NCBI RefSeq assembly: GCF_951543265.1 | Contig: NZ_CATOCO010000004.1 | Source of the DNA: an uncultured Planktomarina sp. | Lineage (GTDB): Bacteria > Pseudomonadota > Alphaproteobacteria > Rhodobacterales > Rhodobacteraceae | Reading direction: 5' to 3' (one strand) | Length of the DNA: 64,000 nt | Shown: in pieces, positions 9,286 through 17,735 of the stretch | How positions within the stretch are numbered: the stretch's first letter is position 1 | How the letters are laid out: the number at the start of each line of letters is the position of its first letter | Notes under the pieces: model-generated | Databases searched by the model: none | Told to the model about the DNA's origin: nothing | What the model saw: the letters and a program-made list of their open reading frames with translations, nothing else | Program-made: the position numbers and the translations under genes

Positions 9286-9882
9286 ATGAGCAAGCAGAAC
9301 ACACCTAAGCGGCTGCGCCACCATTTTCTGGCCATATCATTTAGCTTGAGCGCCATTGGTCTATCAGGTTGCGGCCAGGTGTTTGATGTTTTCAATCCAA
9401 CGGAAAAATCGGAAGCCCAGGTTACATCACAAGCTCAGGCCAAAGAATTAAAGGTCGTTAGGACTGCAATTGAAGCCAGCTCACAAAAAACCAAATCAGC
9501 GGCTTCAAAAGCCATCGCAGCACAGCCGACGATTGTAGTCAAGCAGCCAACCGTACCGACAATTTCAGCGGTTGGGTATTCATCTGTCGCGTCACAGCCC
9601 GGAAAAACACTCAATCAGCGGCGACTAATGGCAATTCGCGCGGCCCGCATGGACGCAATGCGCGCTTTGACTGAACAGATTCACGGGCTCACTGTGCAAG
9701 GCGACACCCAGTTGTCTGAAAATGTAATACAGTCCGACACCCTTCGCGCATCGGTTGTGGGGCTAGTCAGAGGCGCGCGAACTGTCAAAATCGAACCCAA
9801 AGGCAGCGACACTTATGCAGTAATGCTTGAAATTGATCGAGCAACAATCGTACAACTTATTAAAGCAAACCGTAGCTGGTGA
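9286..9882 (+). CDS. flgP: LPP20/FlgP-family flagellar lipoprotein
   Basis: Lipobox LSGC after a signal peptide. The C-terminal domain AVGYSSVASQPGKTLNQRRLMAIRAARMDAMRALTEQIHG...YAVMLEID resembles LPP20/FlgP. Confidence 0.7.
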   Translation: MSKQNTPKRLRHHFLAISFSLSAIGLSGCGQVFDVFNPTEKSEAQVTSQAQAKELKVVRTAIEASSQKTKSAASKAIAAQPTIVVKQPTVPTISAVGYSSVASQPGKTLNQRRLMAIRAARMDAMRALTEQIHGLTVQGDTQLSENVIQSDTLRASVVGLVRGARTVKIEPKGSDTYAVMLEIDRATIVQLIKANRSW

Positions 9883-11033
9883 TCACAATGTATGCTGGCC
9901 GCCTAAGCAAAATACAAAATATCAAGCATCTGATAATATCTATGATAGCAGCAACACTTTTGCCGCTAGCTGGGTCCGCAGATATTGTGACTGTTGAAGC
10001 TGTTGGGCAAGCTGTGGCGACTGGTACATTGGCCGATAATAATCTTAAAAAGCGCGCCTTGCAGGACGCATTGTATCTAGCTGCGCTAAAAGGTGGCGCT
10101 GATGTAGATGGTTATAGTGTATTAACAAATTCATCTCTGACCAGCGATGTTTTGGTTATTCGCCCCAACGCCCATATTCTTGATTACTCAGTCATTTCCT
10201 CCAAAGTCACAAACAAAAAAGCTCAGGTCACAATTCGTGCAGTTGTTGGCAGTCTGGATTCACCGGGCATTTGCGCACGGCGTGCATCGCTAGATATTGC
10301 ATTGCAAGTTCCACAGATCATTGCTTCACCGTCAGCACCAGCATGGTTAAACAACTTACAAAACACGGGTGCTGAAGCACTTAAGCGCGGTATTGGAGCG
10401 ATAGAAGGCGTGACAGTATCTTACTCCGCCGTGCATCGGGCGAAACTAAACTCAAATGTTGATGCACAATTCGATTATACCGCCCTAACTCTCGGCATTG
10501 CCGATAACAGCGATACCAGGCCAGGAACAAAAACACTGACAACCCAAATCTCGCTGTCATCACCAAACCAAGGAGTAAATCCAGAAATACTTCAAGTAAA
10601 AATTATAACAGTATTGTTGGATCCAAGTTTACAGTCCCCACCCTTGAAACGTCACACGTCCCAGACCATTTTGCTGCGTAAAAGGACTCTATTTGCAAGT
10701 ATCAATGCACACTCCATCGTATCACGTGGAGACGTTATTGATCAAATCAATGCCATGGCTGTTGAGGCTGCTCAATATTTGATAGCCAAACGCGCCTGTC
10801 AAGCAATGTCAGCGCCGCTAGTCCTAGCCTCTGGTAAGCTAACCGCTCCATTTGGACGTAAAGACGGGCTGACCCAAAACCATCTGGCCTATACTCAAGG
10901 CGATGACACTCCTTATGAAATTTTGGAAATTGAAGCGCTAAAAGAAAATTCCGTACACTTACGCCCGCTTGATAGCAATCGAACTAAAGCATCTTTCGAG
11001 GGACAAACGATTGAATTTATGGAGCTCAAGTAA
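9879..11033 (+). CDS. FlgT-like periplasmic flagellar (H-ring type) protein
   Basis: Signal peptide, then VEAVGQAVATG...KKRALQDALYLAALKGGADVDGYS...AQVTIRAVVGSLDSPGIC. This follows the FlgT N-domain pattern as I remember it from Vibrio FlgT. Size 384 aa (Vibrio FlgT is about 377 aa). An alternative in-frame ATG is at 9888. Confidence 0.55.
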   Translation: MITMYAGRLSKIQNIKHLIISMIAATLLPLAGSADIVTVEAVGQAVATGTLADNNLKKRALQDALYLAALKGGADVDGYSVLTNSSLTSDVLVIRPNAHILDYSVISSKVTNKKAQVTIRAVVGSLDSPGICARRASLDIALQVPQIIASPSAPAWLNNLQNTGAEALKRGIGAIEGVTVSYSAVHRAKLNSNVDAQFDYTALTLGIADNSDTRPGTKTLTTQISLSSPNQGVNPEILQVKIITVLLDPSLQSPPLKRHTSQTILLRKRTLFASINAHSIVSRGDVIDQINAMAVEAAQYLIAKRACQAMSAPLVLASGKLTAPFGRKDGLTQNHLAYTQGDDTPYEILEIEALKENSVHLRPLDSNRTKASFEGQTIEFMELK

Positions 11034-11770
11034 TGCGAAGATGCCAATCTTTATTGAAGACCGTACTTTTAAGTCTCCTTTTTGCACCCCTATTCAACCA
11101 GGCTGAGGCCAATACCGTAGTGACCGGCCTAAATGTCAAAGAGGCAATTTTAAATCGATTATCAGAAGAAGAAATTCTTGCAATACCAAAAGTCTCTGAA
11201 AACCGGGTGTATTATGCGTGCGCAACCAAATTGGTGGTCACCCCAAAGTATGAAGGCAATTGGGATACAGTGACAGTTATATGCCCCAACTCCAATAAAG
11301 TTTTGGAATGGTCCGTCATGATCCGTCTCGTCGACGCAACACCAAAAATGGAAATTAATTCGCCATCCACTCCTAATAATTCTCCAAAAGTTGTCGTTCT
11401 ACTGGCGAGTGTAAAAAAAGGAGAGGTTTTGACACCTGACATTATAGCTTTGGCTCCATCGTTAAGAGGTTCACGCCTTAGTTCATTTTACCGTATCGAG
11501 GACGTAGCAGGACGGCGCGCTACCCAAAGCCTCAGCGCGATGCAACCATTGCGTGCGAGGCACCTAGAATATGATTGGGCTCTAACAAATGGCCAGCCTG
11601 TGCTGATTGTTCAAAGGATCTCAGGATTAGAAATTTCGACTATCGGCGAGTCACTTGATAATGCGCAAATAAATGATATTATTAGAGTGAAGAATATTAA
11701 ATCAGGCAAAATTATCAGTGTGCGCGTAGACAGCTCAAAAAAAGTTACGCCGATCGCTAACATCAACTAG
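11033..11770 (+). CDS. flgA: flagellar P-ring assembly chaperone FlgA
   Basis: Signal peptide. SAF-like KKGEVLTPDIIAL. C-terminal ISGLEISTIGESLDNAQINDIIRVKNIKSGKIISVRV, typical of FlgA. Confidence 0.8.
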   Translation: MRRCQSLLKTVLLSLLFAPLFNQAEANTVVTGLNVKEAILNRLSEEEILAIPKVSENRVYYACATKLVVTPKYEGNWDTVTVICPNSNKVLEWSVMIRLVDATPKMEINSPSTPNNSPKVVVLLASVKKGEVLTPDIIALAPSLRGSRLSSFYRIEDVAGRRATQSLSAMQPLRARHLEYDWALTNGQPVLIVQRISGLEISTIGESLDNAQINDIIRVKNIKSGKIISVRVDSSKKVTPIANIN

Positions 11771-11808
11771 ATTTGTGTCGTTAGAGTTGTATCAGGAGGA
11801 ATGAAGTC

Positions 11809-12108
11809 ATGGTTGACTCAATTAAACATAACGTAAGGCAGATGCTTGCACCAGCAGCTCAAGAGGCGAAGGCTTCAACGGCTCGGAACAATGATGCTGC
11901 CGTGAAAATGTCCCCGAATGTATCGGGTGGTACAGATGAAATAAGTGTATCAATGAAGGCGTCAGTTTCATCTTTGGCGGAAAAACCTCCAGTTGATATC
12001 GAAGTCGTAAATAAGATAAAGCAAGCGATTTCAGATGGTAAGTATCCGATTAATCTTGATCTTGTATCCGAGCGTCTAATGGAGAGTTATCTGGAAATGC
12101 AGGGTTAA
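11809..12108 (+). CDS. flgM: anti-sigma28 factor FlgM
   Basis: 99 aa. C-terminal VDIEVVNKIKQAISDGKYPINLDLVSERLME matches the FlgM C-terminal sigma28-binding region. Lies after flgA. Confidence 0.8.
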   Translation: MVDSIKHNVRQMLAPAAQEAKASTARNNDAAVKMSPNVSGGTDEISVSMKASVSSLAEKPPVDIEVVNKIKQAISDGKYPINLDLVSERLMESYLEMQG

Positions 12109-12126
12109 TTCAAATGAATCAACTTA

Positions 12127-12420
12127 ATGTTGATCAAAATGAATCTTGAAAAATCATTAGATCATCTTACAAACCTTATTTCAGAGTGTTGGGAAAACAG
12201 GAAAAACCCAGCGCTCTTGGACGCGTACAGAATAAGCATTCAGAACTCGGTATCAACGGTTATAAAGTTTTCTGAAACTAGTAAGGGTGCATTTCCACTC
12301 GACGAGCATTCGCTCAAAAAAATAAATGATGTTTTGGATCTCATAGACAACCTGGAAAAAAATCTTAGACGTAAACACGGCGAATTAGATTATATAATTA
12401 ATAACGCGTTAAAAAAGTAA
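12127..12420 (+). CDS. small helical protein in the flgN position (possible FlgN-like chaperone)
   Basis: Positional evidence only: it lies directly after flgM. 97 aa, shorter than typical FlgN. No motif recognised. Confidence 0.35.
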   Translation: MLIKMNLEKSLDHLTNLISECWENRKNPALLDAYRISIQNSVSTVIKFSETSKGAFPLDEHSLKKINDVLDLIDNLEKNLRRKHGELDYIINNALKK

Positions 12421-12422
12421 GG

Positions 12423-12442
12423 TGCCTTTTTTTAGCAAGGCA
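12423..12442. terminator. weak hairpin between convergent genes
   Basis: 6-bp stem tgcctt / aaggca around a T-rich 8-nt loop, between the stop of 12127..12420 and the stop of 12468..13106. Confidence 0.3.
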
Positions 12443-12467
12443 AATATTACAATAGCAATACGACAAC

Positions 12468-13106
12468 TCAATCTGCAACGCTTGAAAAAGCTGAACCCTC
12501 AAATATCCCAATTGATTTATTTTGAGCAATGATCAAATCGGCTGCTTCTAAATAGTTTGCAATTTCATTACTTCCCTCAAAGCCGCCCTTAATCCCCAAG
12601 GCTTGAGCAATAGAGTACCAAATATATGACACTTCATAGTCCGGTATAGTCAGAAATTCTGATTGGATTCGAGCATATTTAATAATTGCACTCCGATCTC
12701 CATTAGACAATTGACTAGTCAGCCTATCGATAATGCGACTATAGTTCATCTCTATTTCTTCCTCTGGCAGGACTTTTGACAGTTGAGAAACTAGCGAGCT
12801 GGCTCTAAGTTCTCCCCCTAAATCAGAAAGTACGGCCCAGAAGTAAGCCTCAGAAAAATTTCTAGGCTGCCCCATTCCTGCCTTTATCAAAAGAGCAGCA
12901 TTAAATTGCGCGTCAGATACATCATCATTTGCAAGCGACTTAAAAATACTTAAAGCTTTTCGAAAATCCTTATCATTAACTGCCTCTACCGCCTCGTCAA
13001 AACGCAAATTCGTGTCATCGTAATGGGTGTCTGCTATAGCGTAGGCCGCCTGAAAAAATACAGAAATAGCCACACAAAATGATAAGATAAAATGTGCTGC
13101 CTTCAT
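12468..13106 (-). CDS. secreted Sel1/TPR-like repeat protein
   Basis: Signal peptide MKAAHFILSFCVAISVFFQAAYA. Repeated A-x-x-W/F...A-x-x-G Sel1-like units (EAYFWAVLSDLGG, SYIWYSIAQALGIKGG). 212 aa. Confidence 0.6.
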   Translation of the reverse strand: MKAAHFILSFCVAISVFFQAAYAIADTHYDDTNLRFDEAVEAVNDKDFRKALSIFKSLANDDVSDAQFNAALLIKAGMGQPRNFSEAYFWAVLSDLGGELRASSLVSQLSKVLPEEEIEMNYSRIIDRLTSQLSNGDRSAIIKYARIQSEFLTIPDYEVSYIWYSIAQALGIKGGFEGSNEIANYLEAADLIIAQNKSIGIFEGSAFSSVAD

Positions 13107-13492
13107 TTTCCTGCCTGCATAACCAACTGAAGATAGAATACTCGTGACTTAAATTTAGAACCATGTTGCCGCTCATAAACAACGAGCTTTGGCCTATTGG
13201 CCGTTGTTTTACTGACTTCTATAAACATAGTTGAAGGCAAATGAACGCCTCCGTCTGCCAAAGCTTTCAATGGGTCTACAGTAAATTCCCGTTCAAACTG
13301 ATCATCTAACCATGCCCGTGCAAGCGCTCTACCAAGAATATCCGGAAGCTGATTGCGAACCTCTTCGCGATTGGAAAGGACGACATCCCCATGTGCCGAT
13401 GTCGACTTGGATTTTTTCGGAGCATCGCGCAAAGCAACAGCCGTTGACGGCGCAGGCACCTGAACCAATGCTGTTGAATCATTACGTTTCAT
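13103..13492 (-). CDS. small protein with nitrile-hydratase-alpha/NHLP-like domain
   Basis: ARAWLDDQFEREFTVDPLKALADGGVHLPSTMFIEV matches the NHLP / NHase-alpha N-terminal pattern (AW-D--F---L--DP--AL-e-Gv-lP). ATGA overlap with the Sel1 gene. Confidence 0.5.
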   Translation of the reverse strand: MKRNDSTALVQVPAPSTAVALRDAPKKSKSTSAHGDVVLSNREEVRNQLPDILGRALARAWLDDQFEREFTVDPLKALADGGVHLPSTMFIEVSKTTANRPKLVVYERQHGSKFKSRVFYLQLVMQAGK

Positions 13493-13672
13493 AAGGCCCT
13501 CTCTGCATTTTTTGCTCTCAAAACATTTTGAATTTATATCATAGTTGAAACAAGTATAAAGTTAAATCTCTTTAGCATTATGACATTAATGCGTTAAAAG
13601 CTGTTTTGCATTGCATTTGATATCTTCCTTAAATACCTTCAAACTAATCAAGCGGCTTGAAAAGTTGAAAAA

Positions 13673-14782
13673 TTGACACCATCTTCAAAACGTCCAGCAC
13701 AATCCATAATCATCGGCAGCTCAAAGCTAACAATGGATATGAAGAATCTTATAGAGATTGTTGCCCCCTCAATCGGACCAGTTTTAGTGTACGGGCCAAC
13801 GGGTGCTGGCAAAGAACTTGTTGCGGAAGAAATTCATACGCATAGTGGGCGAAAGGGTAAACTTGTTGCCGTAAACTGCGCTGCTATTCCAAGTGAGCTT
13901 ATAGAATCTGAATTGTTTGGATACGAAAAAGGTGCATTCACCGGTGCCGATAAGCAGCGTCTTGGACGCTTTGAAATATCACATAAAGGAACACTATTTT
14001 TAGATGAAATCGGAGATATGCCACTATCTTTACAATCCAAGTTGCTTCGTGTGCTGGAAAATCATTCCATACAACGGGTTGGTGGCAAAGATGATGTTGC
14101 CCTAGACCTAAGGATTGTTTGCGCAACACATAAGAATTTACAAACTATGGTTGATTCAGGTACCTTCCGTGCGGACTTGTTTTATCGGTTAAATGTATTT
14201 CCAATTACGGTACCGTCACTCAAGGAACGTGGTGATGATATCCTTGAGCTACTGGCGATGCTTCTCGAAAAACGGCGAGGCCAAACGCCCAATGTGCCCC
14301 TTCCAACGTTCTCAAAAAATGGCACAACTGAGCTATTAGCTTATGATTGGCCAGGAAATGTTCGAGAGTTACGAAATGTTGTTGAGCGAGCATATATCCT
14401 CTTTTCAGGCAGGGAAATTTCTGGACAAAATGTGCGTGAAAATCTTTTAACTCTGCAAATGCCAAGTTCAAATTCCGAAGAAGAGAATAATGCGATTTGG
14501 GACGCAACGAGTGATTTAGTTGGTCGTTCCAAAGACAACATAGAACATGCCGTTTCAGGCAGGCCACCGCAGCCACAAGATTACCAAGTATGGTTTCAAC
14601 ATCATAATAACATTGATTTACGCGGACATTTGCAGGATATTGAGGTTGTTTTGATTGAAGCTGCTTTAGAAGTAACAAACGGCATGGTCAGTGCTGCTTC
14701 CGATCGCCTTAATATTGGGCGTACAACACTGATCGAGAAGATGAAAAAACTTATGATTTCAAAAGACAAAACGTTAATCTGA
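13673..14782 (+). CDS. sigma54-dependent transcriptional activator (AAA+ and Fis-type HTH, no receiver domain), FleQ/FlrA-like
   Basis: Walker A GPTGAGKE, the sigma54-contact motif ESELFGYEKGAFTGA, and a C-terminal HTH AASDRLNIGRTTLIEKMKK. Only about 35 aa precede the AAA+ core. TTG start at 13673; alternative ATG at 13733. Confidence 0.88.
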   Translation: MTPSSKRPAQSIIIGSSKLTMDMKNLIEIVAPSIGPVLVYGPTGAGKELVAEEIHTHSGRKGKLVAVNCAAIPSELIESELFGYEKGAFTGADKQRLGRFEISHKGTLFLDEIGDMPLSLQSKLLRVLENHSIQRVGGKDDVALDLRIVCATHKNLQTMVDSGTFRADLFYRLNVFPITVPSLKERGDDILELLAMLLEKRRGQTPNVPLPTFSKNGTTELLAYDWPGNVRELRNVVERAYILFSGREISGQNVRENLLTLQMPSSNSEEENNAIWDATSDLVGRSKDNIEHAVSGRPPQPQDYQVWFQHHNNIDLRGHLQDIEVVLIEAALEVTNGMVSAASDRLNIGRTTLIEKMKKLMISKDKTLI

Positions 14783-16411
14783 TTTTGCCCAAGCTTTCAT
14801 AATTGTTGTAATGTAATCACCTGTTGATTTAAGCTTTGTGACAGCCTGTTCCATTTTTGCAAATTTTCTAAGCTCCCGCGCTTCTATAATTTCAGCTTTA
14901 TCGTCAGCTTCAGTTAGTTTATCCTTATAGTCAGCGGCTCGAGCTTTTAAGTATGTTTCTTTCGTTGTGATATCACCACGCACAGATGTAATAGTCTCCA
15001 AATAATCTGACAATTTATTGACAAGCGATCGGCCAATATAAACGTCACTAGCCAAATTTCCATCTGCGACGGAAAGTGTGCCTGCGTTTATGATCATGCC
15101 ATTGAAATTTCCATTGAGCTTATAAAACTCTCGATCACCATTAGCATTCGTTCTGGAAGACAATGCCTGGCCGTTTATAGTGGCACTATCACTGGCCGCG
15201 TCATATAAAAATCCTTGGACACCTGTCAGCGGTTTAGCACTAGATCCAAAGCTGACCTGTAGGTTATCAAGCTGCATAGAGTTTGAAGAATTATAAATAG
15301 CGTTAAGCTTTTCTGGTGACTTGATCAGTACACTTTCAAGCTTCAAAGTATCTATACTTAGCGTGCCGTCTAGATTGGTTTTCACACCAAGATCTGTCAA
15401 ATAAAACGGCTCAGCACCAAAGCCTGTCAATGGGGACGTCGTAATGGAACCCAATTCACGCCCAATCGACGCAATTAATGCATCTCCCGCGAGCGCACCA
15501 CCATCAGCGCCATTCAGTCCCCTAGCGGATGCTTCCTTAAGATAGCTACGCATGGTGTTTATTTGATCAACCAGTGCCTGTAATTCGCCCGTTGCACCAG
15601 CAGTGTCAGTTGCCACAGACAAATCCACATTCGACGCAGAAACTGCATTAAGGGTCAAAGTGGCCCCACTAACCAAATCAGTAATCGTATTTTTTTCGCG
15701 CAAAACTGTAATGCCATTTATTAAAATTTCAGCATCTTGCGCTGCTGCAATTTCATTGCTTCCATCTGTAGTATCAAATGTCGTTGGACCACCCTCAGAA
15801 GCCGTAATGCGAAGGGAATTTTTTTCTCCGAATTCAGACATAAGACTTAAAGAAAAGGTTCCGTCGCCTTTGTTAACGATCTGCGCCGTTATACCACTCA
15901 AAGCATTCATTTTAGTAGCAAAATCTTTTATTGACACACCCCCACTCGCGACAGTGACAGTTTGGGCCGTAACGCTACTGTTTGCTGAAAATATGTCGTC
16001 GGCTGACCATGAGCCAGCTTCCACCGTCAAAGTACCTGCTCCAACCGTCGCATCAACGGACGCAAACCCACTAAATTCTAAAACCTGGCGGCTAGCCAAT
16101 CTATTGATCTTGATCGATGTATTCCCAACGGAAAGCGCATTAGCGTCACTGACTTCCATCGACACAGCAGTGCTAGAGCTTTTTACTTGGAATACGCCAG
16201 TTTCCCCCGCGACGCTTAGAGCACCTTCCAATATTGCAGCCTTAACGCGAAACTTTGCAACTTCGGAAATCGCTAAATCATTGACACCCACGTTTTTGTT
16301 GATAAGTGCTTTTACTGGCTCGATTTCTGCCGCAACTATACTGTCCACCAACTGAGTGATGTTCAGTCCAGAGCCCTTACTGTTCAAAGTACTCAGATAA
16401 TCGACAGCCAT
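14774..16411 (-). CDS. fliD: flagellar filament cap protein FliD
   Basis: N-terminal SKGSGLNITQLVDSIVAAEIEPVKAL and C-terminal coiled-coil ...RKFAKMEQAVTKLKSTGDYI. 545 aa. Confidence 0.88.
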   Translation of the reverse strand: MAVDYLSTLNSKGSGLNITQLVDSIVAAEIEPVKALINKNVGVNDLAISEVAKFRVKAAILEGALSVAGETGVFQVKSSSTAVSMEVSDANALSVGNTSIKINRLASRQVLEFSGFASVDATVGAGTLTVEAGSWSADDIFSANSSVTAQTVTVASGGVSIKDFATKMNALSGITAQIVNKGDGTFSLSLMSEFGEKNSLRITASEGGPTTFDTTDGSNEIAAAQDAEILINGITVLREKNTITDLVSGATLTLNAVSASNVDLSVATDTAGATGELQALVDQINTMRSYLKEASARGLNGADGGALAGDALIASIGRELGSITTSPLTGFGAEPFYLTDLGVKTNLDGTLSIDTLKLESVLIKSPEKLNAIYNSSNSMQLDNLQVSFGSSAKPLTGVQGFLYDAASDSATINGQALSSRTNANGDREFYKLNGNFNGMIINAGTLSVADGNLASDVYIGRSLVNKLSDYLETITSVRGDITTKETYLKARAADYKDKLTEADDKAEIIEARELRKFAKMEQAVTKLKSTGDYITTIMKAWAKSD

Positions 16412-16484
16412 TTATCGGCGCCTTTCATTGTTTTTCTACTATTCAAACGACCGTATTTCAAAAAAATTGAGTCCTGCCGCTTGG

Positions 16485-17699
16485 TTAGTAACTTATCTCA
16501 ATTTCAATTCGACGGTTTTGATCCCGTCCTTCGGCTGTAGCGTTGTCAGCAATTGGCTTCGTTTCACCCAAGCTCACTGCTTTCAACTTTCCCGCTGGCA
16601 CCAAGCCCGTGGCTTGCATTGATTGCACTACACTTGCTGCACGTCCTGCAGCCAAGTCCCAGTTATCACGGTAGAGACCACCGGAAATCGGTACATCATC
16701 AGTGTGTCCCGTCACAGTAACTTCGCTGTCACCTGTCATAGACGCATAGGCAACTCTGCTTAGAATATCACGAGCCGCTCCAGTCAAATCTGCTGACCCA
16801 GAAGGGAATGCTCCACCAGAACCCACTGTTACAAAGACCGACCCATCTCGACGCTCTACGGTCACAAGGCCTTGCGCAATTTCGTCTTGCAGCGCAACAG
16901 CCAACTGCATTTCAGTCAAATTTGCATTTGCGAGCACCGCTTGATCTCTTATTTCTTCCTGTTCATTTTTTTCTGAAGGTCCGAAGCCTTGGTTATCTGC
17001 ATTTACCGCCATAGCAAGCTGTTTAAGTTGCTGCTCGAGCCCACCTAATAGGATTTCGCTATCGGCCTGTCCGCTTGCATTCCGAGCCTCAGCCAGTGCG
17101 GCTAAGGTTTCTTCTAGCAAGCTTGGTAAATCTTTTTGAGTCTCGTCCGGCGATGGGAAATTGATCACAACATTCTCTCCGATCATTTCGACCGACACAT
17201 CCCCATCCTGGATTGCAGCTTGCAATGCGGCGCCAAGTTCGGCTGCGTCCATTTGAGCCGCTGTCAGCGTCCCATCCGTGTCGCCCGCTTGGCCACTACC
17301 TTGGTCCTGTCCTAAATTGTCTTGTTGATTGCCGTCAACAGAATCTTCTTTTTTGCTATCAATCTCAATCTCTGGTTTTTGCATTTCCGTCGTTTGCTGT
17401 GTCATTTCTTGCGTCACAGATGGGCTTGGTGAGGGACTAAATTCGAGAGAAATAACAGTAGTACCCTTTGGTTGTTCAACAACAGGAACTACTTTTTGTA
17501 CACCAAATGCATTTTTAAGTGACCCAGAGATCATCTTAAATTTTGGCGTGTTGAATTCTGCGAACGACAAAATCAAAACAAAAAATGCCATCAACAACGT
17601 CGCCATATCGGCAAATGTCGCCATCCATGCAGGAGCACCCACAGGCGGGCACTTCGGACATTCTTCTTCGTCGTCTTCGACTTCTACTACTTCAGCCAT
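16485..17699 (-). CDS. motB: flagellar stator protein MotB/PomB with OmpA-like peptidoglycan-binding domain
   Basis: N-terminal APAWMATFADMATLLMAFFVLIL (plug/TM with the conserved Asp). C-terminal VTGHTDDVPI...YRDNWDLAAGRAASVV...NRRIEIEI. Confidence 0.88.
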   Translation of the reverse strand: MAEVVEVEDDEEECPKCPPVGAPAWMATFADMATLLMAFFVLILSFAEFNTPKFKMISGSLKNAFGVQKVVPVVEQPKGTTVISLEFSPSPSPSVTQEMTQQTTEMQKPEIEIDSKKEDSVDGNQQDNLGQDQGSGQAGDTDGTLTAAQMDAAELGAALQAAIQDGDVSVEMIGENVVINFPSPDETQKDLPSLLEETLAALAEARNASGQADSEILLGGLEQQLKQLAMAVNADNQGFGPSEKNEQEEIRDQAVLANANLTEMQLAVALQDEIAQGLVTVERRDGSVFVTVGSGGAFPSGSADLTGAARDILSRVAYASMTGDSEVTVTGHTDDVPISGGLYRDNWDLAAGRAASVVQSMQATGLVPAGKLKAVSLGETKPIADNATAEGRDQNRRIEIEISY

Positions 17700-17735
17700 G
17701 ACAGGCTCCTAAAAGGTGCATTTATTTTTACAGAC

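Noticed and set aside
13103-13492. The NHLP-like ORF as a RiPP (TOMM/lanthipeptide-type) precursor
   Set aside because: It has no Gly-Gly cleavage motif, no Cys/Ser/Thr-rich core peptide, and no cyclodehydratase, LanM or ABC-peptidase genes anywhere nearby. It is treated as a standalone NHase-alpha-like domain protein.
15603-16355. Long antisense or off-frame ORFs inside real genes. Examples: 15603..16355 (+) in fliD, 41272..41988 (+) in the thioredoxin-TPR gene, 48511..49082 (+) in lpxK/waaA, 17329..17712 (+) in motB, 28280..28771 (+) in the GAF gene.
   Set aside because: They are shadow ORFs opposite or overlapping genes with strong family signatures. Their translated sequences are low-complexity or Arg/Pro/Ser-rich with no motifs.
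16412-16419. Perfect sigma28 -10 box GCCGATAA (minus strand) in front of fliD
   Set aside because: It abuts the fliD ATG directly (GCCGATAAATG). Transcription from it would start inside the coding region, and no TAAA -35 element is correctly spaced. Probably coincidence.
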